DNA of 64,000 nucleotides from Aestuariivirga sp. (GTDB taxonomy: Bacteria > Pseudomonadota > Alphaproteobacteria > Rhizobiales > Aestuariivirgaceae), in NCBI RefSeq assembly GCF_041738905.1, contig NZ_JBGSOZ010000151.1:5829-69828 (forward strand), given 5' to 3'. Below are positions 38,612 through 49,599 of this stretch, piece after piece (within the stretch, counting starts at the first letter, position 1; each line of letters begins with the position of its first letter). A model generated the notes under the pieces. It searched no databases and was not told where the DNA came from. It saw nothing but the letters and a program-made list of their open reading frames with translations. The translations under genes were made by a program, and so were the position numbers.

Positions 38612-39073
38612 ATGATCCTCTCGCGCAGAACAACTCTTCTGTTACCGCTCCTTCTGTTTATGAACCGTACCGCGGAAGCCGGGGCACGGCGCCTCGAGGT
38701 AATGTCCACCAATGGATGCGGTTGCTGCGTTGCCTGGGTCAAGCATCTGGAAGCGGAGGGCTACACGGCGACCGTGACCAACCTGCCGATGGCAGACCTG
38801 GTCCTTAAGAAGATGGCGGCCGGATTGAGGCCTGAACTCTATTCCTGCCATACGGCCATGATCGACGGTTATGTCATCGAGGGTCATGTGCCAGTCCGTG
38901 ACATCAACCAACTCCTGCGCGACCGTCCCGATGCAATTGGTCTCACCGTGCCGGGCATGCCAACGGGATCTCCCGGCATGGGTGAGCCAGACCCCTCTAA
39001 CCCCTATGAGGTGCTGCTGGTGCGTCGCGACGGAACGACGGATGTGTTCTCTCGTCAACCTCAGGCAGGCTAG
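38612..39073 (+). CDS. Second DUF411 protein
   Basis: GCGCC, SCHTA, IEGHVP, VPGMPTGSPGM. Confidence 0.9.
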   Translation: MILSRRTTLLLPLLLFMNRTAEAGARRLEVMSTNGCGCCVAWVKHLEAEGYTATVTNLPMADLVLKKMAAGLRPELYSCHTAMIDGYVIEGHVPVRDINQLLRDRPDAIGLTVPGMPTGSPGMGEPDPSNPYEVLLVRRDGTTDVFSRQPQAG

Positions 39074-39633
39074 CGTTTCGAGCTGCTGTTGTCTGCTTGA
39101 ACTACTCGCTGGCGGTGCCGTCGGGGGCAGGCTGCAGCGGCGATGATGATGATCGGGAACGGCACGGTGAAGCAGTAGAGCGCTGTAAACGCGAGTGCGG
39201 CAATCCACCAGTCAACTCGCTTCTTGAGAGCGCGTTTTGCGACGCACAGCAGTGCTTCAATGACGATCGCGAGGATGGCTGCCTTGATGCCGTGGAAGAT
39301 GGCGTCTACGACCGGAGGCCTCCCAAAGGCGGCACAGAGCATAGACAAGACAAGTACGACGAGCGCGCCTGGCAGGACGAACAGCAGGCCCGCCGCCAGA
39401 CCGCCTTCCACGCCGTGCAATCGCCAGCCGGAGTAGGTGACGAGCTGCATTGCCTCCGGACCGGGGAGCAGCATGCAGAAGTTGAGAGCAGACAGCTATT
39501 CATTCTCCGTGAGCCATTGACGTTCATCGACGAACTCGCGGTGCATGAGCGCGATTTGCCCCGCCGGTCCACCGAACGACAGGCAGCCAATCCGTGCCCA
39601 GACCTTCACGGAATCACGGAAAGATGCTGTCAC
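39070..39633 (-). pseudogene. chrA: Chromate transporter ChrA fragment
   Basis: SFGGPAGQIALMH, LLPGPEA; in-frame TAG at 39498-96; C-terminal half missing. Confidence 0.85.
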
Positions 39634-39860
39634 GACTTCACCTTGCTGGTGGGCCAGTTATGGGTCTCGTCCGTGGCGTCACGGCACCAGCGGTAGAAGG
39701 CATCGTAGATCAGCATTCCGGCCTCGAGCTGGGGCAGGTCCTCGCTGAACATGCGCGACAAGCCCATTGAGGCGGCAAGAAGCCCTGGTGCCTCAGGAGA
39801 TAGGTCGAGCCGGGCCGTGTCCGCCGCCCGCACGATAGTTGCCAGTTTCAGCAGGGGATA
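39630..39860 (-). pseudogene. chrB: ChrB C-terminal fragment
   Basis: LATIVRAADT, GLLAASMGLS, YDAFYRWC; no N-terminus. Confidence 0.8.
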
Positions 39861-40016
39861 CCTGCGCCGGTTCGGGCGGTTGGCGTTGTTCAGTAATGGG
39901 CGCTGCCAGGGTCGGCCAACAGCTTCGTAGCCGGGCGCATTGATTCCGCTTGGATTGGAAGGTAGCGGTGGGTGTGCTATCGCTCGGCCGACAGCATGCG
40001 CCGCGATGTAACAGCA

Positions 40017-40751
40017 ATGTCTTTGGATCCAGCCGAACTATTTCAGGCCCGACCGACCATTCTTTTGGTCGATGACGACGTTCAGATTCTGGAACTCGTG
40101 GCCAGATTTCTGCGGTCCAGCGATTTTACCGTCCGCACTGCGCGGGACGGTCGGGAAATGAATGCTTCCCTGGCCGACAGCCCGGTCGATCTGATCGTGC
40201 TCGATCTGATGCTCCCCGGTACCAGTGGATTGGTTCTCTGCCGCGAACTGCGGAAGACGTCGCCTGTCCCGGTGATCATGCTCACCGCCAAGGGGGACGA
40301 CGTTGACCGGATTACCGGCCTCGAGGTTGGCGCCGACGACTATCTCGCCAAGCCTTTCAATCCGCGCGAACTCCTCGCGCGGGTGAAGGCGGTTCTCCGG
40401 CGGACGGCGGCAAGTCTCACCCAATCCCGGACGCGCCACAGGGGCTTCGGCTTCGCCGGGTGGAAGCTCGACTTCCTGAAACGCGAGCTGACCCGGTCGG
40501 ACGGTGTCGTTGTCGATCTGTCGGTGGGAGAGTTCGATCTTCTCGTGACCTTCCTTGATGCGCCCCAGAGGGTGCTCAGCCGCGAATATCTTCTGGACAC
40601 CGCGCGCAACCGGACGCTCGAACCCTTCGACCGGGCAATCGACGTTCAGGTGAGCCGGTTGCGCCGGAAAATCGAAGACGGCGGGGAATTGATCAAGACA
40701 GTGCGGGGTGCCGGCTATATCTTTGCGCCCAATGTCGAGCGGTTCGGCTAG
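40017..40751 (+). CDS. OmpR-family response regulator
   Basis: LVDDD, LDLMLPG, GADDYLAKPF, DRAIDVQVSRLR. Confidence 0.92.
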   Translation: MSLDPAELFQARPTILLVDDDVQILELVARFLRSSDFTVRTARDGREMNASLADSPVDLIVLDLMLPGTSGLVLCRELRKTSPVPVIMLTAKGDDVDRITGLEVGADDYLAKPFNPRELLARVKAVLRRTAASLTQSRTRHRGFGFAGWKLDFLKRELTRSDGVVVDLSVGEFDLLVTFLDAPQRVLSREYLLDTARNRTLEPFDRAIDVQVSRLRRKIEDGGELIKTVRGAGYIFAPNVERFG

Positions 40752-40761
40752 AGGGGTCCAC

Positions 40762-42120
40762 ATGCTGAAACGGGGATTGGACCTGACATTGAACTGGCTG
40801 GACAGTCTGGCCGTTCGGACCATGCTGGTGGTGCTGCTCGGCATCGGGTCCATGCACGTCGCCAGTCTCTGGACCTATCAGCGCGCCCTGATCGCGGAGG
40901 CAGAGTTCGCCAACGAGGCCCGGCTTGCAGACCGGCTGCTTGCCATCAAGCGCTCCGTCCTCCGCGCAGCTCCCGGCGCCCGCGAGGCGGTCGCCCACGA
41001 CATGTCGGGAGGCGCCATCGAGGCGCACTGGAGCAGGGACGCGCTGGCGGTGGAGGGTGGCTCTGGCGCCAGCAGTTGGCAAAGCCTGGGTGAGCAGTTG
41101 CTGGCCCTCGCTCCGGAACTCGGCGAGAACGGGCTGGTGATTGGCGCCAGCGGCCAAGCTGTAAATGATCCGCACCTCGCTGTGATATCGATGCGCCTGC
41201 CGGATCAGACCTGGGTCAACGTGAGTCTCCTGTCTTGGGCGCCGCAACCGTCGAGCGTACATGGAACACTCCTCTCCACCAGTCTCATGGCGGCAGGGGC
41301 ACTGGTGATTGCGCTCTTGCTGGTCAGAGCGCAGACGAGACCGCTCTCGACCTTCGTCAAGGCGGCGGAACGCATTGCCCATGTGCCTGCTGTTGAACCT
41401 GTCTCCGAAACGGGCCCGAGAGAGGTTCGTGCTCTCGCCACGGCCTTCAACGACATGCAGCGGCGCATCAAACGGCTGATTGACGACAGAACGCATGCGC
41501 TTGCGGCAGTTTCGCATGATCTCAAGACCCCGATCACGCGGCTGCGGTTTCGCACCGAGGAAATGGACGACACGGCGCTCCGTGCGGCCGTTGCCGCAGA
41601 TCTCGACGAGATGGAGCGCATGATCGACCAGACGCTTTCATACTTGAGGGAAGAGCGTGGGGAAGAGGAGGTAAAGCCCGTCGACCTGGTTGCGATCCTC
41701 GAGACGGTCACCGACGATGTCGCCGATTCCGGCAGGGAAGCAAGGCTCGAGGGCAGTCCCGCTGCGGTGGTGTGGGGCCGGCGCCTCGCGCTCAAGCGGG
41801 CCTTTGCCAATCTCATCGGCAATGCCGTCAAGTACGGTCTCAGGGCTCAGACCCGGGTGGAAGACGCGGCCGACCATGTGCGAGTCACGATTACGGACGA
41901 GGGTCCGGGGATCGCTACCGAGGACCGGCTACGGGCGCTCCAGCCGTTCGTCCGGCTCGAGCCATCCCGCAACAGCGAAACGGGCGGATTCGGGCTGGGC
42001 CTCACAATCGCAGATTTGGTCATCCGCGGGCACGGCGGCCAGCTTGAACTGACAAACGGCAGCGAAGGAGGTCTGGTCGTGACGGTTCTCCTACCCAAGC
42101 GCCAGCCGGCTGCCGTCTGA
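40762..42120 (+). CDS. Sensor histidine kinase
   Basis: HAMP, VSHDLKTP, NAVKYG, DEGPG, GFGLGL. Confidence 0.92.
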   Translation: MLKRGLDLTLNWLDSLAVRTMLVVLLGIGSMHVASLWTYQRALIAEAEFANEARLADRLLAIKRSVLRAAPGAREAVAHDMSGGAIEAHWSRDALAVEGGSGASSWQSLGEQLLALAPELGENGLVIGASGQAVNDPHLAVISMRLPDQTWVNVSLLSWAPQPSSVHGTLLSTSLMAAGALVIALLLVRAQTRPLSTFVKAAERIAHVPAVEPVSETGPREVRALATAFNDMQRRIKRLIDDRTHALAAVSHDLKTPITRLRFRTEEMDDTALRAAVAADLDEMERMIDQTLSYLREERGEEEVKPVDLVAILETVTDDVADSGREARLEGSPAAVVWGRRLALKRAFANLIGNAVKYGLRAQTRVEDAADHVRVTITDEGPGIATEDRLRALQPFVRLEPSRNSETGGFGLGLTIADLVIRGHGGQLELTNGSEGGLVVTVLLPKRQPAAV

Positions 42121-42134
42121 TACACTCTGTTACA
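42118..42134. promoter_or_regulatory. Possible OmpR-family tandem binding site
   Basis: TGATACA-ctc-TGTTACA, 10-bp period, upstream of the RND adaptor gene. Confidence 0.4.
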
Positions 42135-42200
42135 GAGCTGAAATAATTCCAGGCACTGTCTCCGCTATAGGGGTCCCGGAAATCTTCCCGGAAGGACCAG

Positions 42201-43868
42201 ATGCACGGATTACTGAAGCTTGCTGTGGCCGTTCTCGGTTTTCAGATCGCCGGCATATTGGCGGCGGCTGCCCACGAGGGGCACGACCACGGCGCGCCAC
42301 CGCCCCCTGTCTCGACCACGGTCGCCCCCCGCATGGAAGCGTCCTCCGGCGACTTCGAACTCGTCGCGATTGCCGGGTCCAGTGACGTCGTCATTTACCT
42401 GGACGGTTTCCGCACCAACGAGCCGGTGAACGCAGCCGAGATCGATGTGGATACCTCGGGGGAGACCCTCAAGGCCACGGCTACGGGAGACGGGATTTAT
42501 GTGGTGAAGCCGAAGTGGGCCGGCTCTCCTGGTGGCCACGATCTTGCCTTCACCATACAGGCCAACGGCCTGATCGACGTGCTGACCGGAACGCTCTCCA
42601 TTCCCCCGCCGCCGGCACCTCCCCCGGAACCGGAGCAGATTCTCAGTGGCTTTGTGCCGCCCGGCGTCGTTGCGGCCGCGCGCGAGCGCATTGCCAAAGC
42701 CGATCTGGCGCTGTGGACGATCGCCGGCGGATCATTCCTCCTGGGGCTTATCGTTGCCCTGTTCTTCCGCCGAAGGGGCCCCGCCGTGGCAGCCATTGCT
42801 GCAGGCGTCCTGCTGATGAGTGACCCGGCCGAGGCCGCGTCCTCGCCTCAGCCAGGCCAGGCCTCTATCGCGGTGCGCGATATGGCGCAGCGCCTGGCCG
42901 ACGGCACGATCTTCGTTCCCAAGCCGACCCAGCGGGTTCTCGCGATCCGTACGCTCTTTACCGAGGAACAGGACCATCCGGGAACTGTGGAGCTCCCCGC
43001 CCGCGTGATTCCCGACCCGAATGCGTCCGGCTTCGTTCAGTCCTCCCAGGGCGGCCGGCTGACACCGCCAAAGGGCGGCTTCCCGCGGCTCGGCGCCAAG
43101 GTCGAGGTCGGCCAGGTGCTGGCCGAAGTGATGCCCGTCATCGGTGCGGCCGATCTCAACAGCCAGGAGGCACAACTCCGCGAGGTCGAGCAGGAGATTT
43201 CGCTGATTGAGTCGAAGCTCAAGCGTTACCGCAAGCTCAAGGAAGTGGTGTCCGTCTCTGCCGTGGAGGATGCCGAACTCGAACTTGAAGGGCTGCGGGC
43301 GCGGAAAATGGTCCTCGCATCCGCCACCGCCGAGCCCGAGAAGCTCGTGGCCCCGGTTTCCGGCGTCATCGCCTCGGTGAATGCGGTCGCGGGTCAGATC
43401 GCGGAGCCGAGTGCGGTGATCTTCCAGATCATCGATCCCACCCGTTACTGGGTGGAAGCGCTGAGCTATCAGGCGCTCCCGATCGCAGGCGAGGGAGAAG
43501 GCCGGCTTGCGGACGGGCAGGTCCTGAAGGTGAGCTACCGGGGGACGGGGCTTGCCGATCGCAACCAGGCTGTTCCGATACAGTTCGAAGTCGAGGGCGA
43601 TGCGGAGATGCTGAGGGCGGGCCAGCTGCTGACTGTCCTCGCGCATACCCAGTCCGATCGGAAGGGCATTGCCGTTCCGCGCACCGCAGTGATCCGGGGC
43701 GCAAATGGCCAGCCCATCGTCTACGATCACATCAGCGCCGAGAACTTCCGCCCCCGCGAAGTCCGAATCGAGCCGCTCGACGGCGATCGCGTTCTGATTG
43801 TGTCGGGCGTTGGTCCGGGCAGCCGCATCGTGTCGCAGGGTGCCGAACTCCTGAACCAGATTCGCTGA
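42201..43868 (+). CDS. CzcB-like RND adaptor with long His-rich N-terminal extension
   Basis: HEGHDHG, extra periplasmic domain, TM, then adaptor domain ([15 protein letters not shown]). Confidence 0.85.
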   Translation: MHGLLKLAVAVLGFQIAGILAAAAHEGHDHGAPPPPVSTTVAPRMEASSGDFELVAIAGSSDVVIYLDGFRTNEPVNAAEIDVDTSGETLKATATGDGIYVVKPKWAGSPGGHDLAFTIQANGLIDVLTGTLSIPPPPAPPPEPEQILSGFVPPGVVAAARERIAKADLALWTIAGGSFLLGLIVALFFRRRGPAVAAIAAGVLLMSDPAEAASSPQPGQASIAVRDMAQRLADGTIFVPKPTQRVLAIRTLFTEEQDHPGTVELPARVIPDPNASGFVQSSQGGRLTPPKGGFPRLGAKVEVGQVLAEVMPVIGAADLNSQEAQLREVEQEISLIESKLKRYRKLKEVVSVSAVEDAELELEGLRARKMVLASATAEPEKLVAPVSGVIASVNAVAGQIAEPSAVIFQIIDPTRYWVEALSYQALPIAGEGEGRLADGQVLKVSYRGTGLADRNQAVPIQFEVEGDAEMLRAGQLLTVLAHTQSDRKGIAVPRTAVIRGANGQPIVYDHISAENFRPREVRIEPLDGDRVLIVSGVGPGSRIVSQGAELLNQIR

Positions 43869-43879
43869 GCCGCAGCCTG

Positions 43880-46800
43880 ATGTTCAACTTTCTCGTCACT
43901 CAGTCGCTAAAGAACAGGCTCTTCGTTCTGGCCATTGCCGCGATCCTCGTCCTCTACGGCGGCTTCACCGTGACGAAGCTGCCGGTCGACGTGTTCCCGG
44001 ATCTCAACCGGCCGACCGTCACCATCATGACCGAGGCCGAAGGGCTGGCCCCTCCGGAAGTCGAGCAGCTTGTCACTTATCCCATAGAGACGCAGATGAA
44101 CGGGCTGCCCGGCGTTTCCCGGGTGCGATCGACGTCAGGCGTCGGGCTTTCCATCGTCTATGTGGAGTTCGACTGGAACACCGACATCTACCGCAACCGG
44201 CAGCAGATCGCCGAGCGTCTGGCGCTCGTGCAGCAGCAAATGCCGGAAAACGTCGTGCCCCAGATGGGACCGATCAACTCGATCATGGGCCAGATCATGC
44301 TCATCGCGGTCACCGGACCCGATGATGTCTCGCCGATGGAACTGCGTGAACTGGCTGATTTCACGATCAGGCCGCGGCTTCTGACCATCCCCGGTGTGGC
44401 CCAGGTCATCCCGATTGGCGGCGAAGTGCGGCAGTATCGCGTTTCGCCCAATCCGTCGGCGATGCGAGCACTTGGCGTTTCCTTCGAACAGGTGGAAGCG
44501 GCACTCGCCCAGTTCGGCGCCAATACCGGCGGCGGCTTCACGGATCAGTACAGCCGCGAGTTCCTGATCCGAAACATAGGCCGCACACTGTCGCTCGACG
44601 ATCTCCGGGGGCTGGCGGTTGCCACGGTGGGCGGGCAGCCCATAGCACTCGAGCAGATCGCGGACGTGGGCTTCGCGGCGCGCGTCAAGCGTGGCGAGGC
44701 CGGTTTCCAGGGCAAGTCGGCCGTCATCGTCTCGGTGGAGAAGCAGCCGGGCATCGACACGGTGCGTCTGACGCAGAATGTCGAGACGGCACTGGCGGAG
44801 ATCACCGCCACGCTGCCGAAAGGCATCAAGGCCGACAACATCCTCTTCCGTCAGGCCAACTTCATTGAGACCTCGATCAACAATGTGAAAAAGGTCCTAC
44901 TGGAGGCGGTGGCGGTGGTGGCGATCGTGCTCTTCGCCTTCCTGCTCAATGTGCGGACCACGGCCATATCGCTCACCGCCATTCCGGTTTCGATCCTGGT
45001 CACCGCCATCGTCTTCCACCTCATGGGTCTTTCGATCAACACCATGACCCTGGGCGGCCTCGCCATCGCCATCGGCGAACTCGTCGACGATGCCGTGGTC
45101 GATGTCGAGAACATCTTCCGGCGGCTGCGCGAGAACCGGGAAAAGGGCAACCCGAGAAGCGTCTTCGATGTGGTGGTCTCGGCCAGCCAGGAGGTGAGGT
45201 CCGGCATCGTCTATGCCACGATGATCATCGTCCTGGTCTTCGTGCCCCTCTTTGCTCTGTCCGGTATCGAGGGCCGCCTCTTCGCGCCTCTTGGGCAGGC
45301 CTACATTATCTCCATCCTTGCCAGCCTTGTGGTGTCGATCACGCTCACGCCGGTGATGGCCTACTACATGCTGCCCGGTATGAAGCGTCTCGACGAGCAT
45401 GAGGGGTTTGCTGTCCGTGTCCTGAAGCGTGGGAACGCCGCCTTGCTCGGGTGGGCCTTCCGTCACCCCAAGACCCTGATGGCGGGTGCACTTGCGGGCG
45501 TGATCGCGGCGGCAAGCTTTGCAACGCAGCTCCCGCGGTCCTTCCTGCCTCCCTTCAATGAAGGCACGCTGACGATCTCGATGCTGTTCAACCCCGGGAT
45601 CTCGCTGGCGGAGAGCCACAGGGTCGGCCTCATCGCCGAGCGCCTTATCATGGATGTGCCGGAGGTGAAGTCGGTTGGACGCCGCACGGGCCGTGCCGAA
45701 CTCGACGAACATGCCGAGGGCGTGCACTCGTCCGAGATCGATGTCGACCTTCACGCCGAAGGCCGCTCGAAGAACGAGATCATCAACGATATCCGCTCGC
45801 GCCTCTCCGTCCTGCCGGTGTCGACCAACATGGGCCAACCCATCTCGCACCGACTGGATCACATGCTGTCGGGCGTGCGCGCGCAGATTGCCCTTAAGAT
45901 CTTTGGCGAGGATCTCGACACCATCCGTGCCCTGGCGGAGGAATTCCGCCAGAAGCTTTCGGCGGTTCCAGGGGTGGTCGACCTGCAGGTCGAAAAGCAG
46001 GTGAGAATCCCACAGCTCGAAGTCATCGTGGACTACCGCCGCGCTGCGCTTTACGGACTTCAGCCCTCGGCCGTGACCGAGCAGCTCGAACGGCTCTCCA
46101 ATGGCCGCATCGTTTCGCGCGTGGTGGACGGGAACCGCCGGTTCGACGTGGTCTTGAGGCTCCAGGACGAGCGCAGAACCACCCAAGGGCTCGGCGATCT
46201 CCTCATCGAGTCGCCTGCCGGATGGATACCGGTGCGCCAGATCGCAGACGTCGTCGAGACCGATGGCCCGAACCAGATCCTGCGGGAGAACGGCAAGCGC
46301 CGCGTGGTCGTGCTGGCCAACACCGACGGCTCCGCCGACATGGCGACCGTCATCGCGAATATCCGTAAGCTTGTCGCGGAGTCGAAGCTGCCGCCCGGCT
46401 TCTTCACAAGCCTCGAGGGCACCTTCCAGGCGCAGGAAGAGTCGATGCGCACGATCGGGCTGCTGTCGCTCGTATCGTTGGCCATGGTGTTCGCCATTCT
46501 CTTCAGCCGCTATCGCTCGGTCCTGTTCGTGGCCATCATCATGTCGAGCGTGCCCCTGGCGCTGATTGGTTCCGTGACGGCGTTGTGGATTGCGGGCCAG
46601 CCGCTCTCGGTTGCGTCCATGATCGGCTTCATCACATTGACGGGGATCGCGACCCGCAACGGGATTCTGAAGATCAGCCACTACATCAATCTGGCGATCC
46701 ACGAGAACATGCCCTTCGGACCGGATCTGGTCATGAGGGGGAGTCTCGAACGGCTCACGCCGGTGCTGATGACAGCGCTTTCTGCCGGTGTGGCCCTACT

Positions 46801-47035
46801 GCCGCTGATGATCGACGCGCAGGCACCGGGCAAGGAGATCCTCCACCCCGTGGCGATTACCATTTTCGGCGGCTTGGTGACCGCGACGGTACTGGACAGC
46901 TTCCTGACGCCAACCCTCTTCCTCCGCTACGGCCGTAAGCCGCTCGAGCGCCTTGTCGCGCAGGCGCGGGAGAGGGCACGCCAGCAGGCCGCTGGCCATT
47001 CGTCGCAAAGTCCGCAACCTGCTGAAGCTTTCTGA
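43880..47035 (+). CDS. CzcA/NrsA-like heavy-metal RND pump
   Basis: [29 protein letters not shown]. Confidence 0.92.
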   Translation: MFNFLVTQSLKNRLFVLAIAAILVLYGGFTVTKLPVDVFPDLNRPTVTIMTEAEGLAPPEVEQLVTYPIETQMNGLPGVSRVRSTSGVGLSIVYVEFDWNTDIYRNRQQIAERLALVQQQMPENVVPQMGPINSIMGQIMLIAVTGPDDVSPMELRELADFTIRPRLLTIPGVAQVIPIGGEVRQYRVSPNPSAMRALGVSFEQVEAALAQFGANTGGGFTDQYSREFLIRNIGRTLSLDDLRGLAVATVGGQPIALEQIADVGFAARVKRGEAGFQGKSAVIVSVEKQPGIDTVRLTQNVETALAEITATLPKGIKADNILFRQANFIETSINNVKKVLLEAVAVVAIVLFAFLLNVRTTAISLTAIPVSILVTAIVFHLMGLSINTMTLGGLAIAIGELVDDAVVDVENIFRRLRENREKGNPRSVFDVVVSASQEVRSGIVYATMIIVLVFVPLFALSGIEGRLFAPLGQAYIISILASLVVSITLTPVMAYYMLPGMKRLDEHEGFAVRVLKRGNAALLGWAFRHPKTLMAGALAGVIAAASFATQLPRSFLPPFNEGTLTISMLFNPGISLAESHRVGLIAERLIMDVPEVKSVGRRTGRAELDEHAEGVHSSEIDVDLHAEGRSKNEIINDIRSRLSVLPVSTNMGQPISHRLDHMLSGVRAQIALKIFGEDLDTIRALAEEFRQKLSAVPGVVDLQVEKQVRIPQLEVIVDYRRAALYGLQPSAVTEQLERLSNGRIVSRVVDGNRRFDVVLRLQDERRTTQGLGDLLIESPAGWIPVRQIADVVETDGPNQILRENGKRRVVVLANTDGSADMATVIANIRKLVAESKLPPGFFTSLEGTFQAQEESMRTIGLLSLVSLAMVFAILFSRYRSVLFVAIIMSSVPLALIGSVTALWIAGQPLSVASMIGFITLTGIATRNGILKISHYINLAIHENMPFGPDLVMRGSLERLTPVLMTALSAGVALLPLMIDAQAPGKEILHPVAITIFGGLVTATVLDSFLTPTLFLRYGRKPLERLVAQARERARQQAAGHSSQSPQPAEAF

Positions 47036-47048
47036 ATTGGAGATCCGC

Positions 47049-47417
47049 ATGAAGAAGATCGTCGCCGTCCTTGGTTTCTGTTTCCTCATGATCATGCCTG
47101 CACTTGCGCATGCGCCCCGGCCTGGCCCCAATGGCGGCCTCATGGTCGATGCCGGGGATTACCATACCGAGCTCTTCGCGGATGGGAGTGAGACCGTGAC
47201 GCTTTTCCTGTTCGACGTGAATGACCAGCCTGTGGAAAGTGCCGGTTTCAAAGCGAACGCCATTCTGATCGTTGGCGGAAAGCCCGCTCGTTTTGCGCTG
47301 GAGCCCGCCGGTGGGCAGAAGATGGTGGGCAAGGCGCCCGGGCTGGTCGAACCCGGCGTCAAGGGAGCGGTGCAGATCACCTTGCCGGACGGCGCCACGA
47401 TACAGGCGAAGTTCTGA
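47049..47417 (+). CDS. Small periplasmic protein of the RND operon
   Basis: Signal peptide, H-x-GPNGG, YHTEL. Confidence 0.7.
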   Translation: MKKIVAVLGFCFLMIMPALAHAPRPGPNGGLMVDAGDYHTELFADGSETVTLFLFDVNDQPVESAGFKANAILIVGGKPARFALEPAGGQKMVGKAPGLVEPGVKGAVQITLPDGATIQAKF

Positions 47418-47544
47418 CGGAGCGCTATTGATCGTGCTGTCCAAAGTACTGGCGGGTTCGGTATTTCACTCGGGTTCCTGGCCGGAGACCGGAGAGGGAT
47501 GAGACGGGCGGGTGCGGCTCGGACTGGCAGCGCAACAATAGGTC

Positions 47545-47568
47545 TTGACCTTCCCAGCGTGGTAAGGT
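47545..47568 (+). promoter_or_regulatory. CueR-type operator/promoter
   Basis: TTGACC overlapping ACCTTCC-N7-GTAAGGT (one mismatch to the CueR consensus). Confidence 0.75.
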
Positions 47569-47631
47569 GCAGAAGCCTTGTCTTGCGGTAGGTCAAAGTT
47601 CCGCCGCACGAAATGCATAAAACTAGGTCCA

Positions 47632-47985
47632 ATGTTCTCCAGGCTCCTCGCCATGCTGCTGCTCGTGCTGCTGGCCGTCCTTCCGGCGGCAGGCCAGGCG
47701 GTCGCTTTTGTAGGTGCTGAGCACTGCGCCCCGGCCTCCCACGCCATGACGATGGAAGCCCATGATGGCGCTGCTGCTGGAGCTGATTGCAACCATGGCG
47801 CCGCCCACCATCAGATGCCCTGCGCCATGATGGGGCTGTGCACCATCACTGGCTGCATGGAATTGACAGGCATCGTGACCCCTGAGGCTGTAGCCTTGGG
47901 GCAGCGCATGAGCTTCCGCGCTCCAGAGGCCCTGCAGGTCGATGGTCTGGCGCTTGCGCCGCCATTTGAGCCTCCGCGCGCCTGA
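47632..47985 (+). CDS. CutF/DUF2946-like leader protein
   Basis: Signal peptide, His/Met/Cys-rich middle, C-terminal APPFEPPRA; directly upstream of the multicopper oxidase. Confidence 0.7.
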   Translation: MFSRLLAMLLLVLLAVLPAAGQAVAFVGAEHCAPASHAMTMEAHDGAAAGADCNHGAAHHQMPCAMMGLCTITGCMELTGIVTPEAVALGQRMSFRAPEALQVDGLALAPPFEPPRA

Positions 47986-48064
47986 CGCAGTCCTAACTCT
48001 CTCCTTCATCCTTGATCTGATCAGTCGTGCGCCTCTTGCAGCGCGCCCAATGAAAGCATTCGAC

Positions 48065-49522
48065 ATGAACCGTAGAACCCTTCTATCCGGCACCGCATGC
48101 GCCGTCGCGCTTGGCCTTGCCGGCCGTCCGCTCTCGTCCGCCCGCGCTGCAGCGCCGCGCATCCTGACGGTCGACAGCCGTACTATCGAGGTGAACGGCC
48201 GCGCCGCCAAGGTCTTCAGCCTCACAGGTCCCGATGGCAAGCCCGGCCTCACCTTCAACGCCGGCGAGAATTTCGACGTCACTCTCAATAACCGGCTTGC
48301 CGAGCAAACGATGATCCACTGGCATGGGCTCACGCCGCCTAACCAGTTCGACGGCGTGCCGGACATGCCGATGCCGCTTCTCAAAGCGGGCGAACAGCGA
48401 ACCTACAGCTTCCCCGTAGGCTCCGGCGGTACCCACTGGATGCATGCCCATACGCTGCAGGAACAGGCACTCCTGGCCGCGCCGCTGATCGTGCGCAGGC
48501 CCGAAGACCTGTTGGCCGACGAGCAGGAAGTAGTGGTACTGCTGCATGACTTCTCCTTCACGCCCGCGGCGGAACTACTTGCGAAGCTCAAGAGCGGAAG
48601 CGGCGGGCACGGGGAGATGATGCAAGGCATGGATCACGGCGCCATGATGCAGGGAAGCGGCGGCATGAAGGGCATGATGATGTCCGGCGGCAACATGGGC
48701 AGCATGACGATGCAGGGCGGCATGGACCTGAATGACATTGCTTATGACGCCTTTCTCGCCAATGACCGGACGCTGGACGACCCGGAGATCGTGCCGGTCG
48801 CAGCAGGCGGGCGCGTCCGTCTCCGCATCATCAACGGGGCGACGTCCACGGGCTTCACGGTCGACCTTGGAAACCTCTCGGGCGACCTTGTGGCCGTGGA
48901 CGGACAACCCGTCGTGCCGATGTCCGGACGCCGGTTCCCGCTCAGCATGGGCCAGCGTGCCGACATCCGCGTGTCCGTGCCGAAAGAGGGAGGCGCATTT
49001 CCGGTGCTGGCATTGCGCGAAGGAGCGCCAGAACGCACGGGCCTCGTTCTCGCCACGCCGGGTGCCACGGTTGCCAAGATCGTGACGGCCGGTGACGGCG
49101 CGGGGCCGGTCCTGAGCCTTGACCTTGAAGCCCGAATGCTGGCGGCGGAACCGCTTGTCTCACGAACCCCGGACAGGACATTCATGGCGCATCTCTTCGG
49201 CAACATGGCTGATTACAGCTGGGGCATTGCCGGAGAGCCGATCAGGGTACGCAAGGGCGAGCGCATCGAAGTCGAGATGATGAACATGTCGATGATGGCT
49301 CATCCCATGCATCTTCACGGGCACCACTTCCAGGTGACTGGGATCAACGGCACGCCATTCAATGGCGCCATGCGCGATACGGTTCTCGTGCCGCCCATGC
49401 AGTCCGTGCGCTTTGCGGTCGATGCAAATAATCCAGCGAACTCATGGGCATTTCACTGTCATCACCTCTACCACATGGCGAGTGGCATGATGTCGTCGTT
49501 TGCCTATGAGGATGCGACCTGA
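48065..49522 (+). CDS. Tat-exported multicopper oxidase (CutO/CueO-like)
   Basis: MNRRTLL; HWHG, WMHAH, HPMHLHGH, HCHHLYHM; Met-rich insert. Confidence 0.93.
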   Translation: MNRRTLLSGTACAVALGLAGRPLSSARAAAPRILTVDSRTIEVNGRAAKVFSLTGPDGKPGLTFNAGENFDVTLNNRLAEQTMIHWHGLTPPNQFDGVPDMPMPLLKAGEQRTYSFPVGSGGTHWMHAHTLQEQALLAAPLIVRRPEDLLADEQEVVVLLHDFSFTPAAELLAKLKSGSGGHGEMMQGMDHGAMMQGSGGMKGMMMSGGNMGSMTMQGGMDLNDIAYDAFLANDRTLDDPEIVPVAAGGRVRLRIINGATSTGFTVDLGNLSGDLVAVDGQPVVPMSGRRFPLSMGQRADIRVSVPKEGGAFPVLALREGAPERTGLVLATPGATVAKIVTAGDGAGPVLSLDLEARMLAAEPLVSRTPDRTFMAHLFGNMADYSWGIAGEPIRVRKGERIEVEMMNMSMMAHPMHLHGHHFQVTGINGTPFNGAMRDTVLVPPMQSVRFAVDANNPANSWAFHCHHLYHMASGMMSSFAYEDAT

Positions 49523-49530
49523 CGCAAGAA

Positions 49531-49557
49531 CGGCGCGGGCGGCGAACGCCCGCGCCG
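49531..49557. terminator. GC-rich hairpin between convergent genes
   Basis: CGGCGCGGGCG-gcgaa-CGCCCGCGCCG, 11-bp perfect stem. Confidence 0.7.
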
Positions 49558-49599
49558 ACTGGCCTTTTCCTTCAGACAGCTATTGGTTCTGGAACATCA

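Noticed and set aside
38161-39498. Programmed amber readthrough in sco and chrA
   Set aside because: chrA is also truncated, no pyrrolysine machinery is seen, and single-base nonsense changes explain both
44897-46702. Long antisense or alternate-frame ORFs (also 3456-4484, 17830-18864, 23471-24058, 35657-36676, 57181-58185)
   Set aside because: Shadows of real genes in high-GC DNA; no motifs or ribosome-binding sites
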